Notes: generated from the letters alone by a model not told the origin. A stretch of DNA of 64,000 bases from Singulisphaera sp. GP187 (GCA_945907755.1 CAMDTN010000008.1:817-64816); one strand, 5' to 3'; shown: positions 8,157 to 18,228, numbered from the stretch's first letter. Made by a program: numbers and translations.

Positions 8157-9989
8157 TTAGTTTCCAGTGGGCGGGTCTGAACGTAATCCGAGGCGCCTCA
8201 GCATCTTCCTCAATCCGGGCCGCGACAGACCTAACTGCCTTGCAGCCTCGGAGATACTCCCGCCGCACGCCGCCAAAGTGCGCTCCAAAGTGCGCCGTTC
8301 GAGGTCATCCACTGCGTCCTTCAGCGGCAGGGCTTGCTCGCCGATGCACACTTCCACGTCGGAACGGGTGGGGTTTCCGCGAGCACGCAGCACCGCAAGG
8401 CGTTGCAGCGCCCCCTTCAGTTCCACGATGTTTCCGGGCCAAGTGTGCGCACAAAGTGCGCGTCGAGCTTCTGGCCCAAGGGTGAAAGGGCTGCCCAAGT
8501 CGGCCAGCACTTGGTCGATCAGTTCGGGGAGATCGGCCGCGCGCTGCGCCAAAGGCGGAAGAGTCACGGTCAGCCCCTCCAGGCGCAGGCGCAGATCCTC
8601 CAACAAACGGCTCGCTGCCACCAACTGCAGCAGCGGCAAGGTAGAGCCTGCCAGCAGACGCGCTGCGGGCCTGGCTCCGTCGGCAAGAGGTGGCTTCCCT
8701 TCCGCTTGAATCAGCATGCGAAGCAGAGCCGATTGCGCTTCGGCGCCTAAGTCTTGCAGACCGTCCAAGTACAGACAGCCCGTGGCGCCGCGCAGTTCTT
8801 GCACGACCAAGTCCGCTGGCAGCGAAGCGCAGAGGATTGCAACAAAGGGCGCCTCGCGGCGCGCACTCTGGGCGTGCACCGCACGCGCTAAGTATTCCTT
8901 CCCGCTGCCGGCAGGGCCCGTGAAAACAACGGGCAAGTCTGTGCCTGCCGCGCGATCGGCCATGCGCAGCGCCGTACGCATGGCCCGTGAACGCGCTGGG
9001 ATGTTGGCGAAGTCGTGCCGCAGTGGTTCTTCGCCGCGCACGCGGTCCAGCAGCGCGGTGGCCCGCACGAGGTCGTCACGGCCATGCTGCACATCCTCTT
9101 CCAAGTCGCGCGAACGCGAGCGCTCTTCAGCGAAGCGTTCGCCGGTTTCCAGCGTGATCACCGCTAACTCAGCGAAGAACGGAATCAGCGCAAGGTCGCG
9201 ATGATCGAAGCCGCCGCGCTGCACGCGGTTGTCCAACCAGAGGGCGCCGCGCAACGCAGTTCCCGGCAGCGGCACACACAACACCGAGCGCAATTGCAAT
9301 GCGTGCACCGAACCCAACCCCGCCAGTTCGTCGTCGGTGCAGGCATCCTCCACCAACAGTGCAAGCCCTTCTTGCAACACACGAGAGACGATGCCGCGGC
9401 TGATACCGGCTTCTGCGGCGGCAATGTCTTCGCCACGCGCGTTGCGCGCCAAGTGCACCGCCGGTGCTCCCGCGCTTTCCAGCACCAAGAAACCTCGTTC
9501 TGCACGCAACAGCGTGATGGCCGCATCGAGGATGCCTTGCAGCGATTTCTCGCGGTCCAGCCCACGCAACAGCGGCGCCAGCATTTCCAACATGCGCTGC
9601 AAACGGTGCGCATCTGGGTTGGTGCCAGCAACCACAGGCCGCGCGCGCTCCAGCAGCAATTCCACGGTTTTCATGCCTGGATCGTCGGCGTCGGGCGCTT
9701 TCTCCATGCGCTCGAAAGTCAACACAGCATTGCCGCAAGTCACTCGCTCGCCAGGGCGCACTACAGATTTACTCACCACCTCGCCTTCGATGCGCGTGCC
9801 GTTGCGGCTGTTCAGATCGCGCACGAACAATCTTTGGCCGGTGCGCTCGAATTGGCAGTGCGTGCGTGAGAGGCCGATGTCGTCGATGACGATGGTGCAG
9901 CCGGTGGAGCGCCCCACAGTGATGGTGTCACGCTCGGTGCGGATCACGCGCTCGACTTGGCCGTGCAATACGCGCAAGGTGATGAGCAT
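8157..9989 (-). CDS. FHA-GAF-AAA+-Fis HTH transcriptional regulator (degenerate sigma54 enhancer-binding protein)
   Basis: FHA (GRS..LSRTHC..DLNSRNGT), GAF (AERGFLVL..LRSVLCVPL..GALWLDNR), Walker A GPAGSGKE, WPGN and HTH (ISEAARQLGLSRPGL); GAFTGA loop absent. Confidence 0.88.
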   Translation of the reverse strand: MLITLRVLHGQVERVIRTERDTITVGRSTGCTIVIDDIGLSRTHCQFERTGQRLFVRDLNSRNGTRIEGEVVSKSVVRPGERVTCGNAVLTFERMEKAPDADDPGMKTVELLLERARPVVAGTNPDAHRLQRMLEMLAPLLRGLDREKSLQGILDAAITLLRAERGFLVLESAGAPAVHLARNARGEDIAAAEAGISRGIVSRVLQEGLALLVEDACTDDELAGLGSVHALQLRSVLCVPLPGTALRGALWLDNRVQRGGFDHRDLALIPFFAELAVITLETGERFAEERSRSRDLEEDVQHGRDDLVRATALLDRVRGEEPLRHDFANIPARSRAMRTALRMADRAAGTDLPVVFTGPAGSGKEYLARAVHAQSARREAPFVAILCASLPADLVVQELRGATGCLYLDGLQDLGAEAQSALLRMLIQAEGKPPLADGARPAARLLAGSTLPLLQLVAASRLLEDLRLRLEGLTVTLPPLAQRAADLPELIDQVLADLGSPFTLGPEARRALCAHTWPGNIVELKGALQRLAVLRARGNPTRSDVEVCIGEQALPLKDAVDDLERRTLERTLAACGGSISEAARQLGLSRPGLRKMLRRLGLRSDPPTGN

Positions 9990-9991
9990 GA

Positions 9992-12907
9992 TTAGTGCCC
10001 GAGGCGCTCCAACAGCTTCTTCAATCGGGTCACATCTTCTTCGAGTCCGGCATCTGGATGTTCTTCGGCCACACGCAAGAAGCGTTCGGCGCAGCGCCGC
10101 GCTTCATCTGCGTTGCCCTTCACGAAATACAACTGCGCTGCAGCCGCGTTCGCCGCGAGGTGCTTTGGATCAATGGCCAAGGTGGCTTGCAACGCCACCA
10201 ATGCCGCACTTGGGTCTTCTGCCGCCAGTTCGATGCGGGCCAGCAGGAAATTCCCAGCAGCCGAGGCCCCATCGACTTTCAGTGCGCTGCGCGCCAAGGC
10301 TTGGGCCTCAGCAATTCTGCCGGCCGCCAGACTCGCTTGCGCGCGCTGCTGCAATTCCAACCCCGTTGTCCGGCGTTCGCGCTCAGTGACTTCCGCGATA
10401 TGCCGTCGCGATAAAGACAGCTCGTCCCAATCGCCGCCCAATTCCAAGGCGCGGCGAAAATCTGCCCTCACGCGATCGCGCAATTCTTGTTCTCGCTGCA
10501 CGCGCTCAGCCTCGGGCACAGAGCGCAAGGCCCGCTGCAAATCTGCCAGTGTGCCCAGCCCTCGCGCTTGCAAGAAGCGCGCCATGCCGCGCTGCGCATC
10601 GCGGTCATTCGCATTGATATCGAGAGCCGCTTGCCAAGCACCTTCAGCAGCTTCCCAGCGCCCCAGCGCAGCGAAGGCGTCGCCCATGGCCACATGGGTT
10701 TCGCAAACATCGGGCAACAAACGCAACGCTTCTTCCGCCGCACGCAAGGCCATGTCCGCCGCAGATGCGCCCAAATGACGGCGCGATTGCGCCAACAACA
10801 AGCTGCCCAGTTCGGTGCGCAACAGCGGCGAATTCGGGTCGACCCTCAGGCCCGCCCGCAGAATCTCTACCGCCTTGCGGTTCTCCCCCGCGCGTTGCAG
10901 CAGTGCGGCAGCCCGCGCGAACAGTGGGATCTCGCGCACATCCAATTCCAGTGCCTTCAGCAAGTCCTGTAACGAACCCGGCAAGTCGCCACCTTCTTCG
11001 CGCAAGCGCGACGACAGCAGCAGCCCATCGCTGCGCGTAGGAAAGCGCGCCAAAAGCTCCTCGACCATGAGTCTCGCCTCGGCATAACGCCCCGCGACCC
11101 ACGGCGCCACCAACAATGCTTCGCCCCGTTCGCGCAACGCGAGTGCAGCCTGCGCCGGGTCTGCGGAAGCCGCTGCTTCGAGCAACAGCAACAGCGCTTC
11201 TTCCACTCGCTTGCGTGCTTGCGCCACGGCATCGGCATCGGTGTTTGTGGCGACAGCTTGCAGCCCGTCGCGCAGTAACAGGCGTCCCTGCAGCAGTTTC
11301 AATTCTGGGCTGGGGTGGGTGCGCAGCGCAGTGGCGATGGCTTCACGCGCAGCAGCCAATTCACCGGTGGCTATCAAGCCTGCCGCGTGATTCGCTCGCA
11401 ACACCGTCAAGTTCAGACCCAATGCACTCACACGTTCACTGTGCTGGTTGACGATGGCCAACGCAGCCGCGTGGTGCGGCAGTGCTTCGCCCGCTCGGCC
11501 AGAGGCCAACAAAACATCGCCCAAGCGCACGTGAGCTCGCAAGGCCAACACCGCCTTGCCGCTGTTTTCCGCCAATGCCAACGATTGACGCAACAGGGCC
11601 ATCCCTTGTTCGCGTTGCGCGGCGCTGGATTCTGCACCCAATAATCCTTCCGCCAAGTGCGCGGGAATCATGGCGTCCTTTGGTTCTAAAAGCATGGCCG
11701 CGCCAAACAACGTCGCATCATCGCGAAACTCCGCTGTGCGCGCGCGGCTCAAGAACAACAACGCGCCTAACGCAGCAACGGCCAGCGAAGCAGCCAGCCA
11801 GCGCGGCAGCCGCAAGCAAGCCCACGCCAGCAGCATGCAGGCTCCAGGCAAGGCCATGCTGGCATAACGGTCGGCATACCAGAGGCTCGTTGCTGGAAAG
11901 ACATTGTTGAAAGGCGCCAACGCTGCGGGAAACCACAGCATCAACGCAAGTACCAGCGAGGGCCTGCTGTGACGCAGCCACCACGCGACGGCAAGAAGCA
12001 GGCAAAGCGCGAGCGCCGCAATGCTTGCCCATTCTGAAAACTGCGGCTCCGCTGCGTGAATGCTGAGGTCGTAGGGCAACAGTGCGTGCGAGCCATAGCG
12101 CAGCAGCGCCGTCGCCCCGAGGTGGCAGCGCTCAAGAAACTCATGCGTGCCGCCTGCCGTGCCTTGGTGGACGGCAATGCTCATGTGCAGCGCCGCAGGC
12201 AGCGCCGCGGCGATGGTCAGCAACAACAGCGAGCCACGCAACTTTCGCTGCGCTGCGATGCTGCCCTGCGCGCGCAAGGCCATCCAAGTGAGTGCCGCTA
12301 GTGCTGGCGCCACCACCATGCTGCCTTTGGCGAAGGAGCCAACGAACACCAGCACCGCGGCGGCCCATGGCAACCCTCGCGGGACGCGCCAACAACGCAC
12401 ACATGCGAGCAGCGCCAAAAGCAACAGCACCAGGCTCACTTGGTCTTTGCGTCCAGAAGCCCATGCAACGGATTCCGCCTGCAGCGGGTGCAGTGCAAAC
12501 AACAAAGCCGCTATCAACGCAGCAGCACGGCTCTGCAACATCTGCTCGGCCAGCAGGAACACCAACCACGCCGCCAACAAGTGCCAACACAGCGACGCGA
12601 TGTGCACTGCGCACGCGCGGTCGGCGCCCAATGCAGCACTTTGGCCTGCAGCAGCGCCACTGCCCGTGAAAAGCACTAACTCGGGGAAGTAGGCCAAGTA
12701 CCACAGCGGCAAGTACGCTTCGTCGCGCACTTCACCGAACAGGGCAATTGCGTTGCTCCAACTCGGCTGCACCAATCGAGGGTTTTCGACCAGCACTGAC
12801 TTGTCGTCGTAGGCCAAGAAACCATGGTGCACTGCGCCACCGAAGGCCGCGAAGATGGCTATGCCCAGAGTGACGCACACCAACAGATCGCGCCCACTGC
12901 GTGTCAT
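9992..12907 (-). CDS. TMTC-like GT-C glycosyltransferase (multi-TM) with C-terminal TPR repeats
   Basis: YDD..L.ENP acidic motif, LFALHPLQAESVAWASGRKD, ADRYA, about 11 TM segments then TPRs; start set at ATG 12907 (ATGA overlap with the asnB-like stop). Confidence 0.8.
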   Translation of the reverse strand: MTRSGRDLLVCVTLGIAIFAAFGGAVHHGFLAYDDKSVLVENPRLVQPSWSNAIALFGEVRDEAYLPLWYLAYFPELVLFTGSGAAAGQSAALGADRACAVHIASLCWHLLAAWLVFLLAEQMLQSRAAALIAALLFALHPLQAESVAWASGRKDQVSLVLLLLALLACVRCWRVPRGLPWAAAVLVFVGSFAKGSMVVAPALAALTWMALRAQGSIAAQRKLRGSLLLLTIAAALPAALHMSIAVHQGTAGGTHEFLERCHLGATALLRYGSHALLPYDLSIHAAEPQFSEWASIAALALCLLLAVAWWLRHSRPSLVLALMLWFPAALAPFNNVFPATSLWYADRYASMALPGACMLLAWACLRLPRWLAASLAVAALGALLFLSRARTAEFRDDATLFGAAMLLEPKDAMIPAHLAEGLLGAESSAAQREQGMALLRQSLALAENSGKAVLALRAHVRLGDVLLASGRAGEALPHHAAALAIVNQHSERVSALGLNLTVLRANHAAGLIATGELAAAREAIATALRTHPSPELKLLQGRLLLRDGLQAVATNTDADAVAQARKRVEEALLLLLEAAASADPAQAALALRERGEALLVAPWVAGRYAEARLMVEELLARFPTRSDGLLLSSRLREEGGDLPGSLQDLLKALELDVREIPLFARAAALLQRAGENRKAVEILRAGLRVDPNSPLLRTELGSLLLAQSRRHLGASAADMALRAAEEALRLLPDVCETHVAMGDAFAALGRWEAAEGAWQAALDINANDRDAQRGMARFLQARGLGTLADLQRALRSVPEAERVQREQELRDRVRADFRRALELGGDWDELSLSRRHIAEVTERERRTTGLELQQRAQASLAAGRIAEAQALARSALKVDGASAAGNFLLARIELAAEDPSAALVALQATLAIDPKHLAANAAAAQLYFVKGNADEARRCAERFLRVAEEHPDAGLEEDVTRLKKLLERLGH

Positions 12908-14601
12908 GGCAGGCAAGCCTCGCGGGTGAACGCGCATGCCAGCAGGAACCACTGTTCGCGTGGAGCAAGTCGGCCGCCATTGAGCGCGGCGCGCACTTCC
13001 GGCCGGAACCCGATGGCTTCCAATTCGCGGCCCACAGATGGGTCCAGCAAAGCGTCGCGCCATGGGCCCGCGCACCACTCGGCGAGGGGCACCGGAAAGC
13101 CCATCTTGTCGCGGCGGCGTGCGGCGGATTCGGGCAACAAATCTGCTGCTGCGGCGCGCAGCAAGGCGCGTGGCGCGTGTTCCGGGCTGCGTTCCTGCAA
13201 CGGCACCCGCAGCGCCGCGTGCGCCAGCAGTGGATCGAGCAGCGGCACGCGCCCTTCCATGCCGAAGGCTGCAAAACAGCGGTCGTCGACTGCCAACAAA
13301 CCTGGCAACAGCGCGCGCAGCTCGAACGCTTCAAGCTCTGTGGCCAAGTTCGGGCCATCGAGCGGCAACACGGCGCTCGCCTGCATCACCGCGGCGGCCA
13401 CTTCCGTTTCCAAGAGCGGCAACAAGCTGCGGCCACGGAACAGCAATGCTTGCGCCAACGGGCCGGTTGCAGCGGCGAGAGATTGATAGCCAGCGGCGGG
13501 CCGCAAGTGCACACCCGCCGCGCGCTGCTGCGCGAGACGCGTGCGCTCGTAGCCACCGAAAATCTCGTCGCCGCCGGTGCCACTGAAGACAATGCGACAG
13601 CCTTCGCGCGCGAGGGTTTGCGCGAGCACCCACTGGCTGGGCCCGCCGGGCCCTGCATTCGGACCACCGAGCGCGCGCAGTAGCGGCCGCAACGCAGCCA
13701 AGTGTTGCTGCGGCGTGATGCAGACCTCCAGCAGCGGCACAGCGCATTCCCGCGCAACGGCCCGAGCGGCGGCACGCTCGTCGCAATGCGGATGCTGCGG
13801 CCCGAAGTGCCCCACCACCGCCAGCCGAGGCAGCGCTCCCGCCGCACGCAGCAACCCCAACACCAACGAGGAATCGACGCCGCCGGAGAGCAGCAAGGCT
13901 GCATCAGCACTCCGCGGGCGCTGCAGCGCGCCGCTCTGCAGCAAGGCGCTGCGCAAGTCTTCGCTGCCTTCACACTGAAACGAGCCAGACCGCTGCGTCA
14001 GCCCCGAAGGCGTGTGCCGAAAACGCAGCCATGTGCCCGGCGCGACTTCGTTGATGCCTTGCCACAGCGTGGCGCCAGCAGGCTGGAACTGAAAAGCTAA
14101 GAGATGGGCCCAAGCAGCACTGTCGCGCGCTGGCGGGTTGTCGCCGAACAGCGCGACCGCCTCCGACGCCACGGAAACCACGCCGTCTTCGACGCGCCAG
14201 TACAGCGGGCGCACGCCAAACTCATCTCGCGCGATGAGCAGTGAGTCGTCGCGGCGGTCCCATAACGCCAGCGCAAAGGGCCCGCGCACGCGTGTCAGTG
14301 CACGCTCGCCTTCAACGGCCCACAGGTCCGCAAGGCCTTGCAGATCCGAATCCTGTTGCGTTGTGCCGAACAGCATTTCGTGATTGAAAATTTCACCGTT
14401 GGCCACCAGCGCGATGCTCCCGCAGCGCGACTGCAATGGCATGTCGGCTTCGGCGCCGCCGTGGATGCGCAAACGCGCTGCCCCGAGACCAACGGAATTG
14501 GTGCCGATGCATTTGTGCGAATCTGGGCCGCGATGCGCGATCCGTTGCACCAAGGACTCCAGCACTACGCCGGATCCGAGGACCGCTGCGATGCCACACA
14601 T
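12904..14601 (-). CDS. asnB: Asparagine synthase (glutamine-hydrolysing) family amidotransferase
   Basis: MCGI, HRGPD, NGEIFN, RDEFGVRPLY, LSGGVDSS, SGTGGDEIFGGY, EGRVPLLD, KMGFPVP. Confidence 0.9.
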   Translation of the reverse strand: MCGIAAVLGSGVVLESLVQRIAHRGPDSHKCIGTNSVGLGAARLRIHGGAEADMPLQSRCGSIALVANGEIFNHEMLFGTTQQDSDLQGLADLWAVEGERALTRVRGPFALALWDRRDDSLLIARDEFGVRPLYWRVEDGVVSVASEAVALFGDNPPARDSAAWAHLLAFQFQPAGATLWQGINEVAPGTWLRFRHTPSGLTQRSGSFQCEGSEDLRSALLQSGALQRPRSADAALLLSGGVDSSLVLGLLRAAGALPRLAVVGHFGPQHPHCDERAAARAVARECAVPLLEVCITPQQHLAALRPLLRALGGPNAGPGGPSQWVLAQTLAREGCRIVFSGTGGDEIFGGYERTRLAQQRAAGVHLRPAAGYQSLAAATGPLAQALLFRGRSLLPLLETEVAAAVMQASAVLPLDGPNLATELEAFELRALLPGLLAVDDRCFAAFGMEGRVPLLDPLLAHAALRVPLQERSPEHAPRALLRAAAADLLPESAARRRDKMGFPVPLAEWCAGPWRDALLDPSVGRELEAIGFRPEVRAALNGGRLAPREQWFLLACAFTREACLP

Positions 14602-14605
14602 GGCT

Positions 14606-15325
14606 TTAGGGCGCGGCCGGCGGCTGCAACCGGTCGACGATTTCGAGCAAATCCCAGAAGTTGTGAATCACATGGTCTGGCACGGTGCGCCCCATGGATT
14701 CAAGGTGTCGCCCGTCGCGACGGTTCCACACTGTGGTCATCCCGGCGGCCTTGGCGGCATCCACATCATTCAACGGGTGGTCGCCCACATACATGGAGTG
14801 CTGTGGGTCCACTCGCGCCTTGGCGCAAGCGCGCAGAAACAGCTTGGGGTTGGGCTTGTTGATGCCTGCTTCCTCGCTGATGAGGATGGCGCTGTGGTCG
14901 ATGTAACCCGTGACGCGCAGGCGGATGAGTTTCTCCATCTGCTTCAAAGTCAGGCCAGAGCTGATGATGCCGAGGATGAGCCCGCGCCGCGACAATATCT
15001 GCAGCACTTCAGTGACATCATCGTGCGCGGCCAGCTCGCGGAACTTGGTCTCGTGATAGGCCACCACCCCGCCCGCCACCACCAGCGCTTCGTTCACTCC
15101 GAAAAGATCTTCTTGCGGCAGGCGCGCCAGCAAGCGTTCAAAGTGATGCTCGTAGTTGGACGAGAACTCCGCGATGACTTCGTGGAACTCGCGCAGCAGC
15201 TTTTCACGCGGCGTGCGCAGGCCCAGTTCGATCATGGCGTCGATGGCATTGCCGCGGGCACGCGCGGCAAACGCCGAAGTGCTGAAGAGCGTGTCGTCGA
15301 TATCGAAGAAAATCGCTTGCAGCAT
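14606..15325 (-). CDS. HAD-superfamily hydrolase, TIGR02253-like subfamily
   Basis: FFDIDDTL motif I, KPNPKLF, YVGDHPLNDVDAAKAAGM motif IV; GAGG RBS. Confidence 0.88.
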   Translation of the reverse strand: MLQAIFFDIDDTLFSTSAFAARARGNAIDAMIELGLRTPREKLLREFHEVIAEFSSNYEHHFERLLARLPQEDLFGVNEALVVAGGVVAYHETKFRELAAHDDVTEVLQILSRRGLILGIISSGLTLKQMEKLIRLRVTGYIDHSAILISEEAGINKPNPKLFLRACAKARVDPQHSMYVGDHPLNDVDAAKAAGMTTVWNRRDGRHLESMGRTVPDHVIHNFWDLLEIVDRLQPPAAP

Positions 15326-15339
15326 GGCCCCTCATGGCA

Positions 15340-15373
15340 ACGGCCCGTCCCCGCTGGTGCGGGCACGGGCCGT
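15340..15373 (-). terminator. 34-nt GC-rich stem-loop downstream of secretin A (terminator/stabiliser-like)
   Basis: ACGGCCCGTGCCCGC-ACCA-GCGGGGACGGGCCGT, 15-bp stem with one mismatch; no clear U-tract. Confidence 0.6.
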
Positions 15374-15402
15374 CACAGTGCGAAACTATCGTCCCGCTCC
15401 GA

Positions 15403-18015
15403 TCACTTCACCAGAAGCGCTTCCTGCTCGTTGAGATCGAGGATCTTCACATGCAGGACGACGATCAAGTCCCGAATCTCATCTGAACGGCCCTTACGGC
15501 TGAAGAAGAAGGAGATGATCGGGATGTCAGACAGGATTGGTGTCTCGGAGCGGAAGTCTTCGGTCTTGACATACTTCATGCCACCGATGACCACATAGCC
15601 GCCGTCCGGAACACGCACATTGGTTTGAGCCCGGGTGAAGCTCAGCTCGGGCATCTCAATGACCACCGCCGAGGTCAGGCCCGAAAGCCCCGACTCGAAG
15701 GTCTTCATCGGACGCTTGATAGTGGCCACCGCTGGCTGCACTTCGAGCTCCACATACTTGCGGTCGTGTGTGACGGTGGGGCGCACATCCAAGGTGAGCC
15801 CGTCCTGCACAACATCGATGACTGGATCGGCGATGTACGCCGTCTGAGCCACTTCCACATCGTAGTCACGCACATACGAGATCTGGTTCACCAGAGTCAG
15901 GTTCGCGCGCTGGTTGTTGTAGATGGTCAGGCGCGGCGCATTCACGACGCTGGAGTCGAGAGTCTTCTCCACAGCGCGCATGAGCATGCCGAGTTGCACA
16001 TCGTCGAGGATCGAGAACGACAAGCTCATACCGCCACGGGCGCTGAGCAAGCCACCGAGAGCGCGGTTGAAGATGTTCTCCGTGCGCGCACGAATGTCGC
16101 CGTTGTTGCCAACGTTGTAGAAAGCGCCCGCGCTGGGCGAAAGGCTAGCGCCGCCCGGCAAACCGGGGCCGCCGTTGTCATTGGCCGCCGACGCGTTGTA
16201 GGGCGCGCCGTTGGTCACATCATCTAGCAGTGCAAGCGTGCCGGGGTTCTGAAGACCGCGGAAGTCCGTGCCTACATCGAGCAGCTCAGCCTTGTTGATG
16301 CTGATGAAGCGCGCTTCCACGTGCACCGACACCTTGGTGAAGCGGCGCAAGTCATCTAAGAAACGCTCCACCTCTTTGTGGATTTCAGGTGTGGCCGTGG
16401 CCACAATCTGGCCAGAGCCAGGCTGCAGTTGGAATCCTGGTACTTCGCCCCACAAACCCTTGCCCACGTTTTCGCGCAGCAGGTCCAGCAAGCGATCGAG
16501 GGTGGTGTCGGTGGTCTTTTCCAAATCCTCGCCCCAGATGGCGGCCTTTGCGGCTTCGCCAGTACCGGAGTTACGCAAGGTCAGGTCGGGCGCCTTGAAG
16601 TGCGGCAGTGCGACGGTGAGGTCGCGCACTTCATAGATGCGCGGGAAGGTCTTGCCGTAGGCCTTTTCCTTGGTGGTGATGTAGAGCACATCATCGCGGA
16701 AAGTGTGAGCCAGCCCGAGGTTCTCGAGGATTGTCTTGAGCACCACGCCAAGTCTCTGGTTCACCAGAGTCAGGCTGACGGGCTCTTCACCCTTTGCAGT
16801 GCGCGCTTCGCTGTCCACCACAATGTTCAGGCCCTGCGTTGCGCGCAGGTTACGGATGACATCGTTGAAGCTGGCGGGCTCTGCACCGTAATCGATGCTG
16901 ACGGTTTCATTCGCGAGCTTGGCTTTGATGATCTTGATGGCCTCGCTGTCTTCAGCGGCCATGTCCACCGCGTCACCGCGGCGGCGCTTGCGGCCCAGTT
17001 CCTCCCAACGATCTGCATCCATCATCTGGAGGAGTTCGGTGTAGGGAACCTGAGTCTCGCGCACTTGTTCCAGCCAACGCGTGTATTCCTCGCGGCGCTG
17101 TTCGAAGAAGCTCGCGCGCCATGCGGCGTGGCGGGCGCGTTCGCAAACATCCAGCAGTTCGCGCGCCTTGGAGATGCGCGGATCCTTCGCCAGAACCTTG
17201 CGGGCCAGTAGCTCAGCGTTGTCGAAGTCCTGGCGCTGGAAGCTCTCGATGGCCTCCACCAGCATGATGCGCAACTGTTCTGCTTCGCGCGCAACGCGGC
17301 GGTCTTCCTGCTCGCGCATAGCGTCATAGGCATCGCGGTATGCAGATTCTTCGCCGGCCTTACGCGATGACACCAACTCGGCGTTAACGCGCGCCAGCAT
17401 CGTGTTCACATCATCACGGGCCCCACCAAAGTCCGTCTGATAGGGGTCGTAATCCATCAGCAGTTTGGCGTTTTCCAGTTCGATGCGCGCTTCGTCCAAT
17501 TCCTTGCGCGCGTGCGCCTGATTGGCCTTCACCCAAGCGTCATTGACCAATGCCAACTGCTGTTGACGAATCAGTGCTCGCTTGTTGGTGATGTAGGTGC
17601 CCATCTCCTCCAAGGTGTCCACGCTGTGGCCTTGGAGTGCGCGCACCTGCTTCAGCATTTCGATGCCCGCCACATCTGTGGGGCGCACTTGCAGTGCCTG
17701 CAGAATGCTGGCTTCCGCCTTTTCGAAATCGCTGCCAGCAACCAATTGCCGCGCAGCAGCGAGGTAGCTGTCCACCAGCAAGTCTTGCTTCTGCGTAGAG
17801 AGGCGGCGTTCCTCTTGCTCGCGCACGAAGGCAGCAGTGTCTTGGTCAGCAGCGGGGGCAACAGCCACCTCAACCGCTGTCTCGACAGCAACAGCCGCGG
17901 GCGCGGTGGATTCCTCTGCGCGCTGCGAGCAGGCGAACAGGAATGCAACGGCAACAAGTGCGAAGGAAGGGGCAGCGCTGGCTACCAACGACTTAAGGTC
18001 TCGACCTTGATTCAC
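15403..18015 (-). CDS. Secretin family outer-membrane protein A (GspD/PilQ-like), predicted lipoprotein with TPR-like N-terminus
   Basis: Lipobox FLFA-C; YEVRDL, QISYVRDYDVEVAQ, GLTLDVRPTV, VPDGGYVVIGG and secretin signature PILSDIPIISFFF; start set at GTG 18015 (GGAG RBS). Confidence 0.9.
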   Translation of the reverse strand: MNQGRDLKSLVASAAPSFALVAVAFLFACSQRAEESTAPAAVAVETAVEVAVAPAADQDTAAFVREQEERRLSTQKQDLLVDSYLAAARQLVAGSDFEKAEASILQALQVRPTDVAGIEMLKQVRALQGHSVDTLEEMGTYITNKRALIRQQQLALVNDAWVKANQAHARKELDEARIELENAKLLMDYDPYQTDFGGARDDVNTMLARVNAELVSSRKAGEESAYRDAYDAMREQEDRRVAREAEQLRIMLVEAIESFQRQDFDNAELLARKVLAKDPRISKARELLDVCERARHAAWRASFFEQRREEYTRWLEQVRETQVPYTELLQMMDADRWEELGRKRRRGDAVDMAAEDSEAIKIIKAKLANETVSIDYGAEPASFNDVIRNLRATQGLNIVVDSEARTAKGEEPVSLTLVNQRLGVVLKTILENLGLAHTFRDDVLYITTKEKAYGKTFPRIYEVRDLTVALPHFKAPDLTLRNSGTGEAAKAAIWGEDLEKTTDTTLDRLLDLLRENVGKGLWGEVPGFQLQPGSGQIVATATPEIHKEVERFLDDLRRFTKVSVHVEARFISINKAELLDVGTDFRGLQNPGTLALLDDVTNGAPYNASAANDNGGPGLPGGASLSPSAGAFYNVGNNGDIRARTENIFNRALGGLLSARGGMSLSFSILDDVQLGMLMRAVEKTLDSSVVNAPRLTIYNNQRANLTLVNQISYVRDYDVEVAQTAYIADPVIDVVQDGLTLDVRPTVTHDRKYVELEVQPAVATIKRPMKTFESGLSGLTSAVVIEMPELSFTRAQTNVRVPDGGYVVIGGMKYVKTEDFRSETPILSDIPIISFFFSRKGRSDEIRDLIVVLHVKILDLNEQEALLVK

Positions 18016-18149
18016 GGATGCTTCTCCAGATGCGAACAAGTGACTCACCGACGCTATTGCTCGCGCGTGCGACGGCAGGTTTCACAGCGCGGCCGTTCCA
18101 ACTCGGCGACGCGGCCCCGCAGGCGGAGCCACCCCCTTGGGGGCGCGGG

Positions 18150-18179
18150 ATTGTAAGCAGCGATTGCGGATAGCGTCAA
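18150..18179 (-). promoter_or_regulatory. Putative sigma70 promoter for secretin A operon
   Basis: Minus strand TTGACG-N18-TACAAT. Confidence 0.6.
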
Positions 18180-18198
18180 CCACCTGCGTCTGCGAACG

Positions 18199-18223
18199 CA
18201 ATCCATTGCCGTGCAATAGGTTG
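18199..18223. promoter_or_regulatory. Palindrome CAA-N4-TTG-N5-CAA-N4-TTG (copy 2 of 3)
   Basis: CAATCCATTGCCGTGCAATAGGTTG, about 20 nt upstream of the -35 element. Confidence 0.5.
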
Positions 18224-18228
18224 CGGAC

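Noticed and set aside
12904-14601. AsnB-like gene as a lasso peptide cyclase
   Set aside because: It keeps the N-terminal Cys glutaminase domain, and no precursor, B1/RRE or B2 protease gene is nearby.
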